A stretch of DNA of 60,298 nucleotides, the filler included, from Syncephalis fuscata S228 (taxonomy: Eukaryota > Fungi > Zoopagomycota): assembly GCA_025786725.1 (NCBI GenBank). It is 4 parts of 4 records of this genome, joined end to end, with 100 filler letters (N's around TTAATTAATTAA, not from the genome) between each part and the next. Parts side by side here need not be neighbours in the genome. Positions count along the whole stretch, not along the records: positions 1 to 13,613 come from JAHLTZ010000243.1; positions 13,714 to 37,995 come from JAHLTZ010000131.1; 2 more parts are not named here. The stretch is one strand, 5' to 3'. How positions within the stretch are numbered: the first letter of the stretch is position 1; the number at the start of each line of letters is the position of its first letter. Of this stretch, positions 13,106-27,000 are shown one piece after another. The translations under genes were made by a program, and so were the position numbers. The notes beneath the pieces were generated by a model. That model had not been told where the DNA came from and did no database searches. It worked only from the letters and a program-made list of their open reading frames with translations.

Positions 13106-13613
13106 CAATAAAGCACAGAGTCCACTTCAACACAAATTTTTGTTTTATTTGAATTTGGTAAATTTAAATAAAGCATTTAAATTGAGCATTGTATCGTTGC
13201 CAATTTAAGACCGACCCGTTTCACACTTTTCTATCATAGAACGGCAATAGAATGTAACACATCCAATAAAAATTACATTACTAAAGCTTCTTTAAATACT
13301 TCTATGGTCGTTTTAGTTGTCAGAGCATCTATCCACGTGTTTTAATCATAATCGGCTGTTACTGGATACTATGTTTGGTGTTTGATACAGAGAATATTCT
13401 AATTGCTCTTATTTTGAGTAAAGCCACTGACTACTCAGCAATTGCCAATAAGCTGCTCAACTTGGATATTAATACTAATAGTAGAACGTGAACTACCATT
13501 TCTAGAAGTAATGCTTTACATTTGTATCATGGAATATATAACAATGTATCAAAAATCAGCTGAGTATCAACGTGGAGCCAATCGACTACGCAATGTACCA
13601 AGTGAACCACGTG

Positions 13614-13713
13614 NNNNNNNNNNNNNNNNNNNNNNNNNNNNNNNNNNNNNNNNNNNNTTAATTAATTAANNNNNNNNNNNNNNNNNNNNNNNNNNNNNNN
13701 NNNNNNNNNNNNN
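13614..13713. other. Artificial contig-join spacer
   Basis: 44 N + TTAATTAATTAA + 44 N. Confidence 0.97.
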
Positions 13714-14038
13714 GTCGTAGACGGTATAGCCGTATCTTTTATACTACGCGTAATCATTGTATTTAATTGTCTATGCTGACCCATTCCACTACGACATAAA
13801 CGCCACATTGTAACTAATTGTTGAAAACGGCAATAATACACCAATACTGTATAGAATAAAAATAAACATAAAATAAAATAGTAAAGTGTTAATATTATTT
13901 AATCAAGTGTTATAATAATTATTAGGATCCGAATCTACCCGTATTAAGTGGTATGGATTAGCGCACAATCTGCTGATATCTATCTACAACACTCTCCTTT
14001 TTCGTTTGATCATTCAAGAAAGTGCTTCTTTGTGAATC

Positions 14039-14299
14039 ATGTCAGCTCTTAACAAGTTCAACCACTTGATTGTGAACTCACTGTTCCGCCGTAATTCTGT
14101 GTTTCTTACCGGTATATTTGTCGGTGCTTTTGCCTTTGAGATTGGCTATGATTGGCGTGACAGAGCGTATCTGGAAGCGATTGAATCAAGGGTAAGTTTG
14201 CTATGGATCCCAACAGCTCTACTCGTAACTATAGTATAGTATTAACGCGTTTAAATCTAGCGTACCTGGGATGATATCAAGGATCGTTATTCTGCTTAG
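14039..14299 (+). CDS. QCR9: Cytochrome bc1 complex subunit 9
   Basis: LFRRNSVFLTGIFVGAFAFEIGYD...ERIWKRLNQG, intron, RTWDDIKDRY. One apparent 1-nt deletion near 14152. Confidence 0.9.
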
Positions 14300-14838
14300 A
14301 TTTCCATCTAACAACAACAACAACTATAAATACAGCGAAAATGAATAAACATGACTACATATCGTGTGATTTACTATTTCAATGAACATTTTAGTTACTA
14401 TTGTCTATTTATGTTCCAATCAAGTGATGGATGTTCATTATATTTCCATGAAATGTATACACACACATATATATAGCCACAATACATAGAAAAGTATATG
14501 ATGTTTGATAGAGCGTTATAATGATTGTAAATGAACCAATAACTGTATTGCTTCGTGTTAACACCACATCTCTGTAACAATACAGGTGGATAGTTGATAG
14601 AAGAGAACGACAAGACTTTTATTCTATTAATAATACACGACTACTATTCTACACAGTATATTACACTCTACTGGTGTGAGTACACCCTTATTGTTCTGTT
14701 GACTACACACATTCTATTCTATTCATTCTGAAGTAAGCGTAGTTACTCCGTCTATACCTGTTACTGCTACTGCGCTTGTGCTTGTTGTTCTTGTTCTATT
14801 AATAGTACGCAGTTTGTTTGTCTATAGTGTATTTATCT

Positions 14839-17695
14839 ATGCAGCGTTATAGTTCTCGTCGTCATCAGTACCAGTACAGTAGTACGCCACCGCGAAAGAC
14901 AAAATCACTCCATGCTCGACGTCGCCACTGGCTTCCACTATTTATTGCCCCACCACGGCCCCGTCTAGTCATTAGTACAGCGTCGCCGCTATCGACTATT
15001 CCAAGCACTCATGGTCTCTCTCGTCTCCTCACTCTTCTTCTGACTCCTCTTCCTTTCCCTCCCCTTCCGCTCAGCAACCGACGACTGCCATGCCATGGCT
15101 CAACAGTCACAGACCCATCAATATACTGTTAGATACACCGCCAGCCATTGATTCTCCCTATTTGGCATCCAATTCATCACAGCCATCTATTCTACTATCA
15201 AGTAATAGACATAGTCGCCAAGAAAAGGAAGAGGCTGCAGAAGAAGAGGAGGAGGAAGAGTCTGATAATGAAGATAATGAAGAAATCAATGTACGGCGTC
15301 CATTGTTGGGAAAATTATCTCATCAACCAAAACGTCATCAAAATGATGGTAATAATTATGCGGTTTCAGAAGATTTAGTTACAAAACCTTTAGTAAAATT
15401 GTATCGACGAGGGAATAATGAAATGAAAGCTAGTTATGCAGTTATTTATTCACCACTTTATACACCTATCAATACATCAACGTCTATTGCTATTCCATCT
15501 ATTAAGAGTTCTATGGATGGACGTCATAAGGGATCTAGTGCTAGAATAGGTATGTCAGCATCACCTAGATCATCTGTGCCGGCTGTACCGGCAACGGATG
15601 AGGAGGGAACACTGAGACGGTCAACAAGACGAAAGCGTAAAGGGCGTAAGCGACAAGTAGATTTACGAATGAGTGTATTTCAACCACTTCCCAATGAATT
15701 AGAAAGTTGGCAGGTAAGTAAATAGTCCAGTAACATTGATAGATACTAATTAATATTTGCTTGGTTAGACAGAAGTTGTTAGTTGTACACCATTTCATGC
15801 GCCTGTTAATAGCCGCGACTTTAACTCTAAAGTGGATAGAGTCAAGATGGCTATTAATAATAATATACAACCAGAGAGAAATGCGCAAGGGTCATCCGGA
15901 TCGTATTTCTGTAGAATGTTGTTACCAAATAGTGATGAGGTGTCTACACGTTATCGATATGCGTTAGATCATAGAGATCCACCATTACAACGTACGCAAG
16001 TAGTGGGTATATTCAAACCAAAGAATGAAGAACCATATGGACATTTAAATCCCAAATGGACTAAATGGCTACACCGTAACTGTTTCCCCTGTTTCTTTGG
16101 CCGTAGTTGGTAAGTAATATATACATAACTATATAGATATGTAAATTATTAATGATGCTAATATGTTTTTAGTTTGATTCCTAATTTGGGATATTTATCA
16201 GAATCGGCAGCATTTCTACTTGATCAAAGACTAGGATTGAATATTGTGCCACATACTAATATTGCTCATTTAGCATCTACTTCATTCTATTATGGGAAGC
16301 GTAGACGTAGAAGAGCGAATAGAGAGCACAATGAGGAGGGAATGACTAGTACGGGGAATGACTATTTACCGCAAAAGATTGGTAGTTTTCAATTATTTGT
16401 TGATGGCTATGAAGATGCCGATAAGTTCTTCTCTAATCATCCCTGGACTGAGGATGATGCACCTGAAGTAGATCCAGCAGTTGATTATACCAAGAAGAAT
16501 GCAACTGCTGAATTTAGATGGTCAGCGTCTATTAAAAAGCAATTTCAAGAAGAATTTGAGAAATTAGTGATATTAGACTATCTAATGCGTAATACAGGTG
16601 AATAGATAGTATTGATTGCAAATTGTCAATGTATTTATTAGTATATTTGTAGATCGTGGTATGGATAATTGGATGATCAAGTGGTGTATGGCACCTGATG
16701 AACATCCAGCTGGTTGGTGTACTACAAGTGAAGAAGATTGTAGTCAATTACATACTACTGTCACTACTACTGCTGCTGCTGCCACTAATCATTATAATGT
16801 ACAATCTGATATTATATTTAATGATCACTCAAGTGATCATACGTCAAAGCAGGCTACTAGATCATTGCGTAATACAAATAGTGATTTAATTACACCAGAG
16901 TATTTATCTGGTCCATCTACAACATCACCATCTAATAGTACACGTCCTCATTTACATATTGCCGCTATTGATAATGGATTGGCCTTTCCGTGGAAGCATC
17001 CAGATGAATGGCGCTCTTATCCATTTGGTTGGCTTAGTCTGCCTTCTAGTATTATAGAGAGACCATTTTCGGAATTTACTCGACAGGCGATGCTAACTAA
17101 ATTGACGAATCATCGATGGTGGGAGCGTACAGTGCAGTCACTCCACGCGCTATTCCGTCAAGATGAAGACTTCAACGAACGTATGTTTCATCGCCAATTA
17201 TCGGTAATTAAAGGACAGGCTTGGAATTTGGTAGAGTGCCTAAGGGATCCCACGAAAGGCCCAGTTCATCTGTGTGATATGGTGGCCGTGGCAGTTATTG
17301 AGGAAGAGGTGGATGCGCCGTCACCACTACCGGTAGATCCGAACCACCCGCCAGCCATACCGCTTACCGAGCAGCAACTGGATGGAGATGGAGAGGAGGG
17401 TGGTGAATCACCGCCAAGACCGCCGCATTCACTAGCTCGGTTAAAGGAGCCACGGTATAGACGTAGTGTCCATAGTTTGAGAAGTGCGACGAGTAATCGG
17501 TCACAGCACAGTAGACGTAGTAATCGCAGTGGCCACGCTGCAGCCACCGCTACCGCTACTGGTACTTATCATGGGGCGTTGTCGCCTAACTATTTTGATG
17601 CACCGGCAGCAACAACAAGAACCCGACGGCGACAACGTGTAAAAGAACGACTACAATTTCTCACACAAATACGACCTTGTTTTACATGGTGTTAA
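14839..17695 (+). CDS. LSB6: Type II phosphatidylinositol 4-kinase
   Basis: [75 protein letters not shown]. Start uncertain. Confidence 0.93.
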
Positions 17696-18713
17696 TATTA
17701 CAAGTTGTTACAAGTTGTTAGTGCTGATGATCCTGTTTGTTATTCATATTAGTTGGTTGATTGATCAATAGTGTTTTTATTTTATTAATAAAGTAAATGA
17801 TTAAATTGATCTATTGATTGGTGGCATTAATGGGATATGCATTAATGCAGCGGCTGGCGCATGCACCTAGCTGAAAACCAAGCATTAATAATGCCCCTTG
17901 TTTGTATATAGCATGGCCATACTGCTGACAGTAAGATGAATGTCGCCGCCTTGTTTGTTAAAAGTCTGGCCTATGCCCGTGGCAAGTTCATGTTTCACAC
18001 AACAAGCACCAAATTGTACGCAATTTAGGCGCCATCGGTGCACAATTGAACGTGGGGCCGGATGGTGCGCAATGTGAATGATTTGATTGTTTGCTTATAT
18101 TGTGATTGGGTGTCAAATGACTATAGCCAATAAAATTCGCGCAGTTGAACTAGACATTCTTTCTATTGAAAATGAAACTAGGTGGTGAGTGACGTCAGTC
18201 ATCAAAATATTTATTATCATAGATTTATTATCCAATATACATACTGAATATATGCATATATCCTTTATCATTGCCATTTATACTTTTACTATTGTATATC
18301 ATTTTAGAAGTAGAAAAGTAAAAGAAAATATAGCCAGTACAGTTATCGTGTACAACAATTTTGTATGTACAGTATTAACAGTAGTAGCAGATCGCACTAT
18401 TATAATAGTACTAAAGAGTTGTTCAATGACTATGCTAGCAGTGCTTTCTACATCATTGCTGTTGTATGTAAACAGCTGCTATATATGACGACTGTGGCGG
18501 CTACATACTGCCAAAGTCTTTATATGCTTTGGTTTACTATAGATCTGCAATGCTCCATAGTAATGACAAAGCAAAAGACAAAATTTACAGCACATATTCA
18601 ACATAGCATATAAAAAAGTCAGAAATGCACTTACTGTGTCAATAAAACTGTTAATACTAGTGATTGGAGTAATAAAGGTCAGATTACAAAAGAGCAATGC
18701 AAGTACATAGTGT

Positions 18714-18775
18714 AAATAATGTTTGTATCTAACTAATAGCCAAATAATGTTTGTATCTAACTAATAGCCAAATAA
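18714..18775. repeat. 28-bp tandem duplication
   Basis: AAATAATGTTTGTATCTAACTAATAGCC twice in a row. Confidence 0.85.
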
Positions 18776-20918
18776 CTACTGATACTATATATGTACCATA
18801 TATGGAGTGTACAAGTATATGTAATGGATATATGCAATCAAGCGTAAAGAAAGAGAAAGGGAAATGTGATGACGTAGATTGTGAGCTGTGAGCCTGTCAG
18901 TCAATATTTATAAACAGCCGAGTTTAATTGATTAATAAATGGAGTGTAAATAATAAAAGTCAATCTATCCAACATGTCGGTACATCATAAAACAACAAGT
19001 GAAGCAATAATGCATTAAGAATAAAAGCTATTTGGTATTAAAACTACTCATTATTATAAAAAATATATTTAGTATAATAACGAGTATAATAAAAAATATT
19101 TTACCACCAAATAATAAGCCATTACTATAGAATATGTTTTTAGTAAATAATGAGTTACAATATAAGAAATAATAACAAATAATAAAGACAGCTTGCGATA
19201 AAATATACTGATTTATTCTATATACTAATAAAAGAGCAATAACAATACATCATAGCGTATTAGTGGTAGTCTATACACAGTGTAGCAATATATCCTGAAT
19301 GTTGCATAGAAAAGAACTACAGTGTAGATATTTGTCGTACAGTTTTGTTAGTAAGTAGCACGGTTTATTATTAGCTGTCCATCAAGGACTATAGCTATAG
19401 TGCTGGGCAGTGAGTTAAATAACGCATGTGGTACTTGTGAAGCTACTAAAACACATTTACTCCTGATAAGGCGAGATAATAAGTACAGGCCAAGCATAAA
19501 CAATAGCATGGCATGCATAAGCAATTAGCATGGCGAGCATGATCAACTGCGTATAACGTCTATTTCTATGCGCTGCAATGTCATTTATTATTTCATGAAC
19601 GGTTAGTGACTTTGTATAAAACAAATATACCATTGTTCAAGGTTCGGGGCCATTGTATTCAGCCCAAATATCTAACAGCTAAATATATCCATCGCTTGAT
19701 TAGTGTAACCAACTATCTTGCACTTAACGGAGGGACTATCTGGTGTAACGAACAGCAACTTGAAACGTCTTGCCAACCTATATTCAATATGTATTCTACT
19801 ATACACAGGTGGGTGCCTTGACAACCTACCATGTTGTACTTGTTTTACTAGCAAGTATTATTAGATTTGTTACTGATTGCTAGTGATGATATGTCATGTT
19901 ACTACCACGTGCCGGCGTCGTGGATGTGTGACGCTACCGTGTGATGCCTCATCTGATTTCTAATGGTAAAGATATGACGACCCGACCACGATAATGACTA
20001 TATGGAGATAGTAATAGCGATTGCGGTAACGAGTTTTCCCGTAAATATATCCGGTACTTCAGCGGCCGAGTATGTGACACTGATGGACACTATAAAATTC
20101 ACAGCTGGTTAAGTATTATAGAAGACGTATATAGTGTGGTATATACTGTGGGTATGTTTCTCCTTTCTCCCCCGTTTCCCTTTCGAACTTTGTTGTCTCT
20201 TGTAGCCACGACTATCCTTATTTGAGCAAACGAAAGTGAGGGACGGCCTCTGAACGACTCCACCACCACCACCACCTATTCTTGTACTTATTACTACAAA
20301 CGACAACCAGACAGACAAACAAGGGGGCATCATCATTTGCATGAATTAAAACATTGAAACAAGTCGGTTTATTTGATCCAGCCGGTTAGTTTTATTTCGA
20401 TACAAGAGCCCGCTACACAGGCCAGTATTTTGCAGCTATTGTCCAAGCCCCGTTTTCTGGTTATTTGAATAGGGACGCCAGTTTTACCGGTACGTGTCTA
20501 TATAGTTCTGTGCTTGCGCGTGGTCCTTGTTGGCCATATGGATAAATAGCTAAAAGCGGCGTGAAGAGTCTTTTTTTCTTTCCGTATTGCTCTATTAATT
20601 TTACCATTCATTTTCTTTTGCTTCACCGGTGGGACAAAAGTATTGCAGCCTAAATAGCTTGGCATATTTATCTACACGAACATTTCTTTACTAGGCCTTT
20701 TGCTTTTCTTTTTTTTGCCTACTCTTTCTTTTTTTCCCTATTGCCAGTCAGTCTCAGTGCTGCTTAATAGTGGTGACCTTTCGTGGCTGCCATAAAACGG
20801 TCATACACAACCTAACCTATCTTTCTCTACCTTCTATAACGAGTAGTACTACGTATCTAATCAGAAAATTTTTATTATTTAAAGAACATTTATACGTATC
20901 TACGTACACGATATCATA

Positions 20919-23490
20919 ATGAAATTCGAACGACAGCTCGAACTTAACGCAAATCCCGACTGGATTGATTATTACATCAAGTAAGTATTATATTATAGTC
21001 CACTTGGACCAGTATTTAACCGGATATTAATATAATGTATTTTATAGTTATGGTCGGCTAAAGAAATTGACCTACAAGGAAGAAAAGGTCACTTCAGAAC
21101 TACGATCGACAGGCAGTCTTGAACAAAAACTTGAATCGCCAGGATGTCCGTCTAAAACACTTATGACGTTCCAAGATGCGGTCGAACAAGAATTAGGCCA
21201 TGTTGTATCGTTCTACCAAGCAACTGAATCATCACTTTATGAACGTCTCGACCAGTTGACCCGCCATTGTTTGGAAGAAAAGGCCCGTCGTGAAATTGAA
21301 GCCGATGAATCGAATACTCCGTATATTCATCCACATTGGTGGGAAGGCGGCTGGACAGACGCACAAGTACCCATGGCTGAAGCACGTAAAAATGATACTT
21401 TGAGTGCGCCTTCTCATACAATTAGCGGTATTACCGAAGAAGATGTTCATTCTGACACTTATACCATTGCCTCGGCACGCCATATGGGCCAGTTACGTTC
21501 CGGCCTTTCATCACCCACCGTATCGATGCATGGTGGTGCTTCGGACGATGACGAACTAAAGGATGAAGCCCGTCAATTGTTTATGCAACTATCAGAATTG
21601 GAACGTTACGCGCAGCTTAATCGTTCTGGTTTTGATAAGATTCTAAAGAAACACGATAAAGTAATGGGATCAACGCTACGTAAATGGTTTATGAATGAGC
21701 GAGTCGACATGGCACGTCCATTCCAATCTGATACGCAAAGCACTTTGCGTCGTAAAATCCTTCGAGTGGAGGTTCTTCATGGATTTGCAGCTCGTATTGA
21801 TAATTCACGTAAAAATGGTACATTGCTACGCCGTTTACTTCGTGATAAAATCACTTTTTCACGCAACACCGTATGGCGTGATATGATTAACCGTGAGCGT
21901 ATGATGTCAACGGTTGATGTTGACTCACCGGAAGATATTGAGGAAGCACTTGAACGGCCACACAATCGTATGCGGCTCTTTGGACGTGAGCTGCCATTCC
22001 CGCGCATTCCACGCAGCTTTATAATTGGTGTGCCATGTGTTATCATTTTTATTGTGTTGCTTTGCCTACCAATCATGAATAACTCATCGGAACGCAATTG
22101 TCTGGCTCTTCTCGTATTGGCCTCTTTGTTCTGGGCCTTTGAAATTATACCGCTCTTTGTTACTTCAATGCTGGTGCCATTCCTCGTTGTTATTTTAGGT
22201 GTTATGCGCGATGCTGAGGGCAATGCATTGCCAGCACCAAAAGCAACCAAGACTATTTTTGGCGCTATGTTTTCACCAGTAATTATGCTATTGCTGGGTG
22301 GCTTTGCTATTGCTGCTGCATTTAGCAAATATCATATTGCTCGTAAGATTGCTGCTGTTGTACTTTCCAAGGCGGGTACACGACCAGAAGTTGTACTTAT
22401 TTCAAATATGGCAGTGGCCGCCTTCCTCAGTATGTGGATCAGTAATGTGGCTGCACCTGTTCTTTGCTTCTCGCTACTCGAACCGGTACTTCGTTCTATG
22501 CCGTCGACTTCAAATTACGGTAAAAGTCTTGTACTAGGTATTGCACTTGCCTCAAATGTTGGCGGTATGATGTCGCCCATCAGTTCACCTCAGAACTTGA
22601 TTTCGATTGATGTCCAAAAACCAGCGCCATCCTGGGGCTCTTGGTTTGCCGTTGCTTTACCCGTGGCCATTATATCGCTATTTGGCGTCTGGGCCTTACT
22701 CATGATCACTTATAAGCCACACCGCGAGAAGGACACTGTTGTTACCATTCGTAAATACGATGAAGCATTTGGCTGGAAACAATATTTTATTATTGCCGTT
22801 ACTCTATGCACCGTTGTTCTTTGGTGTATCGAGTCACAGCTTAAAAGTTATGTCGGTGATATGGGTGTTTTAGCTATTATTCCACTTGTTGTATTCTTCG
22901 GTTCAGGCCTACTTACCAAGGAGGATTTCAACAATTTCTTGTGGACAGTTATTATGCTTGCTATGGGTGGTATTGCCCTGGGTCAAGCTGTTAACAGCTC
23001 GGGTCTATTGCACACCATTGCCACGGAGATTAGTGAGGCCGAAAAGGGCTTTTCACTTTGGGCTGTGACGGCAGTATTTGCTCTTTTAATGGCGGTTATT
23101 GCTACATTTATATCGCATACTGTGGCGGCACTTGTCATTCTACCTGTGGTCAATGTCGTCGGCCAGAGTATGCCAGAGCCACATGCTCGACTAATGGTTA
23201 TGGTAAGTCTTTAAAGCAGTACAGTGACTATAGTCATTGCTATTTCTTCTAAACATTAACTAACAAATATTTATTACTATTAATAGGTTTGCACAATGAT
23301 TTGTTCTGGTGCTATGGGATTGCCGGTCTCAGGATTCCCCAATATGACGGCTATTATGCTTGAAGATTCAATGGGTCGTAATTATTTGAAAACGATCGAT
23401 TTTATCAAAGTTGGTGTACCGGCCACGCTGTTCACTGCATTAGTGTCAGTATCGCTAGGTTACGGTATCTTGTTGGCTCTTGGATTCTAA
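20919..23490 (+). CDS. SPX-domain SLC13/DASS low-affinity phosphate transporter (Pho87/90/91 family)
   Basis: MKFERQLELNANPDWIDYYINYGRLKK and LNRSGFDKILKKHDK (SPX), SMWISNVAAPV, GGMMSPISSPQN, LPVSGFPN. Three exons. Confidence 0.95.
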
Positions 23491-24034
23491 AATGTTCATT
23501 TCTATAACGTTCTTTCCTTTCTCTTCTACTTACTATAACTTACTTCTTACGTTATATTTTTATATCGAATAAGAAGAATAAATACACAGTTATAACATAA
23601 TGAGCTATCCATTTTTATTTAATATTTTAACATTGTAATAATTGAGTAATTAGAATATGGATATTTAAATAATGTTCATTGTATCGCTTTACTAAAATGG
23701 TGAAGATGAGCACAATACACAAATAATGGCAATGGTTTGATAGAAAGCTAGAATAATGTAATCATATTGCTTTTTGCTTGGACATCGACAATGAAATCAT
23801 GTTTATTACTAAAGCTTGCATAGCTGAATAGGTGCAACTAAATGCAGACTTGCTGGTAATATAATGACGCCATTGATTAAAAGACGAATAAATCGGGACA
23901 TTGGCTAGAACTTGGTATACGAATAAGCTGATTGGCAAGTGCCAACTGATCTTGCTTTTGCCGAATATATACCTAAATTATATCGGACTAGTAGCCCAGC
24001 CATGTTACTAATGCTAGCGTCTTGAATGTACCGG

Positions 24035-27000
24035 TTATTCTATGTCTATAAACAAATATAACACATGCTATAGAGTTAATGTATAAACTAGCAATACACA
24101 ATGCCACTTACTAGCTAATAGTGTTAAGTCGTTGGTATACACGATACATATCAGTTAATTAGTACATAATTAGCTAAGACACAGAATCACTTACGACCTA
24201 TCAATATTGATTTGTCAATACATATAATGAGCACACAGTTAATGCATGGCTGATTGCAACAAAATGTCACTTACAGCCTATTAGCATTGAGTTTTCGATA
24301 CAAAAATAAACATGCAGTTAGTGCATAGCCAATTGATATACGGTGCCACTTACGATCTATTAAGGTTGAGTCATTTATAAACACAGTATAAATTATTTAA
24401 TCAGTAGATAGTTAGCTACCATAAAATCCACGTACTCTCTATTAATGTTAGATTATTGGTAAGGACAATTTATAGTATAGAATTAGGATATGGTCAATTA
24501 ATATACAACATCACTTACGATCTATTAATGTTAAATCATTGGCAGACACAATGCATAGTATGTAATTAGCGCATAATCGCTTAGTGTAAAACACTACTTA
24601 CTGCCTATTAATATTAAGTTGTTGATACACACAGTGGCCAATATATAATCAGTGTATAGCTAATTAATATACAATGCCACTTACAGCCTATTAAGTTGTC
24701 AATGAATACATTAAAGATTATTTAATTAGTATATAATCAATCAATAAACAGTATCACTTACGAGCTATCAATATTAATTTGTTGATGCACACAATTCATA
24801 GCATGGAATTAGTGCATAGTTACTTAATATATAATGTTACATACTGACTATTAGTGTCAATTCGTTGACATACACAGTATATGATAAGCAGTCGATATAT
24901 AGTCAATTAATAAACAGTATCACTTACTGCCTATTAATATTAATTTTTAATACACATAATGATTACATAATTAATGCATGGCTAAGTGCCATAAAATACC
25001 GCTTACAGTCTATTAGCATTGAATTGTCAATACACGCAATAAACATACAATTAGTGCATAGTCAATTGATATAAAATATTACTTACCATCTATTAATATT
25101 AAATTGTTGACAAACAGTAAATGGTGTGCAATTAATGTATAGCCAATTACTATATAATACCACTTACCAACTATTGATATTAAATCATTGATAGACACAA
25201 TACATAGTATGTAATTAGTGCATAATCCCGTAATATACAATACCACTTACTGTCTATTAATATTAAGTTTTTGGTATACACGGTAGACAATCTATAATCA
25301 GCGTATAAATAATTGACATACAATATCACTTACAGCCTATTGAGTTGTCAGTAAATACAGTATAGATTATTTAATTAGTAGTTAGCTAATTGCCATAAAA
25401 TACCACTTACTCTCTATTAGTGTTAATTTGTTGATACGCACAATCCACAACATGTAATTAGCGCATAGCCAATTAATGCACGGTGCCACTTACTCTCTAT
25501 CAATGTTTTAACATTGATAAACACAATACACAACATGTGATCAGTGAAAAGTTATTAATATACAACACTACTTACTGTCTATTAATATTATTTGATTGAT
25601 AAACGTAATGCATAGCATTTAATCAGTGTATATCTAATTGACGCAATATCACTTACCTTCTATTAAGTTATTAATACATGAAATAATCATGTAATTAGTA
25701 CAAGCCAATTGATATACAATGCCACTTACCCGCTATTGATATTAAGTTGTTAGCAGAAATAATACATAGTATGTAATTGGTTCATAGTCAATAATATAAA
25801 ATACTACTTACGCTCTATTATTTATAATATATTAATACATAATTAATAATATAAATGCTACTTACTGCCTATTATTATTAATTTGTTGGTATACACAATA
25901 AACAGTATTAATCAGTGCATATCCAATTAATATACGATGCCACTTACAAACTATTAATATTGCATTGTTGATACAAATAGTCAATAGTATATAATTAGCG
26001 CATATTCAATTAGTATATGATGCCACTTACAAACTATTAATATCAAATTGTTGATGCAAATAGCACATAGTATATAATTAGTGTAAAATTACTTATTACA
26101 TGATTACTTACCGCCTGTTAATATTAAGTTGTTAATACACACAGTAAGCATATAATTAGTGCATAGCCAATTGCCATAAAGTACTACCTACAGTCTATTA
26201 AGTTGCCGATAACATATTATAGATTATGTGATTAGTGGATAGCTTATCAATGCACGGCGCCACTTACATTCTTTTAAGACCAGGTTTTGACCCACATGAA
26301 ATATATCATTTAATTAATACGCAGCCAATTAATATACAGTACCAAGGGGACGTTGCTAGCCCAGTTGGTAAGGCAGCGTCTCCCGAGCTGAAGGCTCCGG
26401 GTTCAAACCTCAGTTTGAACCAATCCTTAAGTGGAAAATCCCCCCCCCCCCCCTAGTTTTCTCTAGTTAACAAATTGCAAACCAGAACCCAATAAGTAGG
26501 TCCGGAAACAAGACCTTGGCCAGAATAGCCGAGGAAAAACCCAATTGGGACCAACTTCAAGAGAATAGTGCTGTGTAGCACCATTTAAAAGAAGATGGCC
26601 CCCGTGTAAAATCTATATGGACCAGATTTTGCGCAAAAACGTGGCAGTCCACCCGTTAAAAGTTTGGAAAAGTCCAAATATAGTGGGAAGCAGCGCAAAT
26701 TCTTTAATTATGCGCAGCGGGGGCTCACAAGCTCTTCAAAATAAATAAATAATATACAGTACCACTTACTCTCTATTAATATTAGATTGTGGACGCATAC
26801 AATAATGATATAATTAGTAAATACTCAATTGCTATACAATACCGCTTACCATCTATAGCATTAGGTTGTTAATACGTACAATATTCAATAAATGATTAGT
26901 GCATAGCTGGTACATATAAAATATCACTTACAGTCTATTGTCAATAAACATATTATAGGTTATGTAATTAGTAGATAACCAATTAATCCACGGTGCCACT

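Noticed and set aside
12869-13108. Hydrophobic ORFs 12869-13108 and 54543-54836 as membrane-protein paralogs
   Set aside because: They lie in an AT-rich repeat and their protein similarity is weak and compositional.
13614-13713. TTAATTAATTAA palindrome as a biological motif (also at 38040 and 50151)
   Set aside because: It is centred in identical N spacers and is an artificial all-frame-stop linker. Gene adjacency across these joins is not meaningful.
18029-18070. GC-rich hairpin in the long intergenic region
   Set aside because: Imperfect stem with no supporting RNA-family or Helitron end motifs.
19906-19911. CACGTG as a Pho4 site upstream of the phosphate transporter
   Set aside because: Single hexamer about 1 kb upstream. 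The same motif occurs near unrelated genes.
24865-26456. Short + strand ORFs 24865-25074 and 26235-26456
   Set aside because: Chance ORFs antisense to the intron array and running into the SINE.
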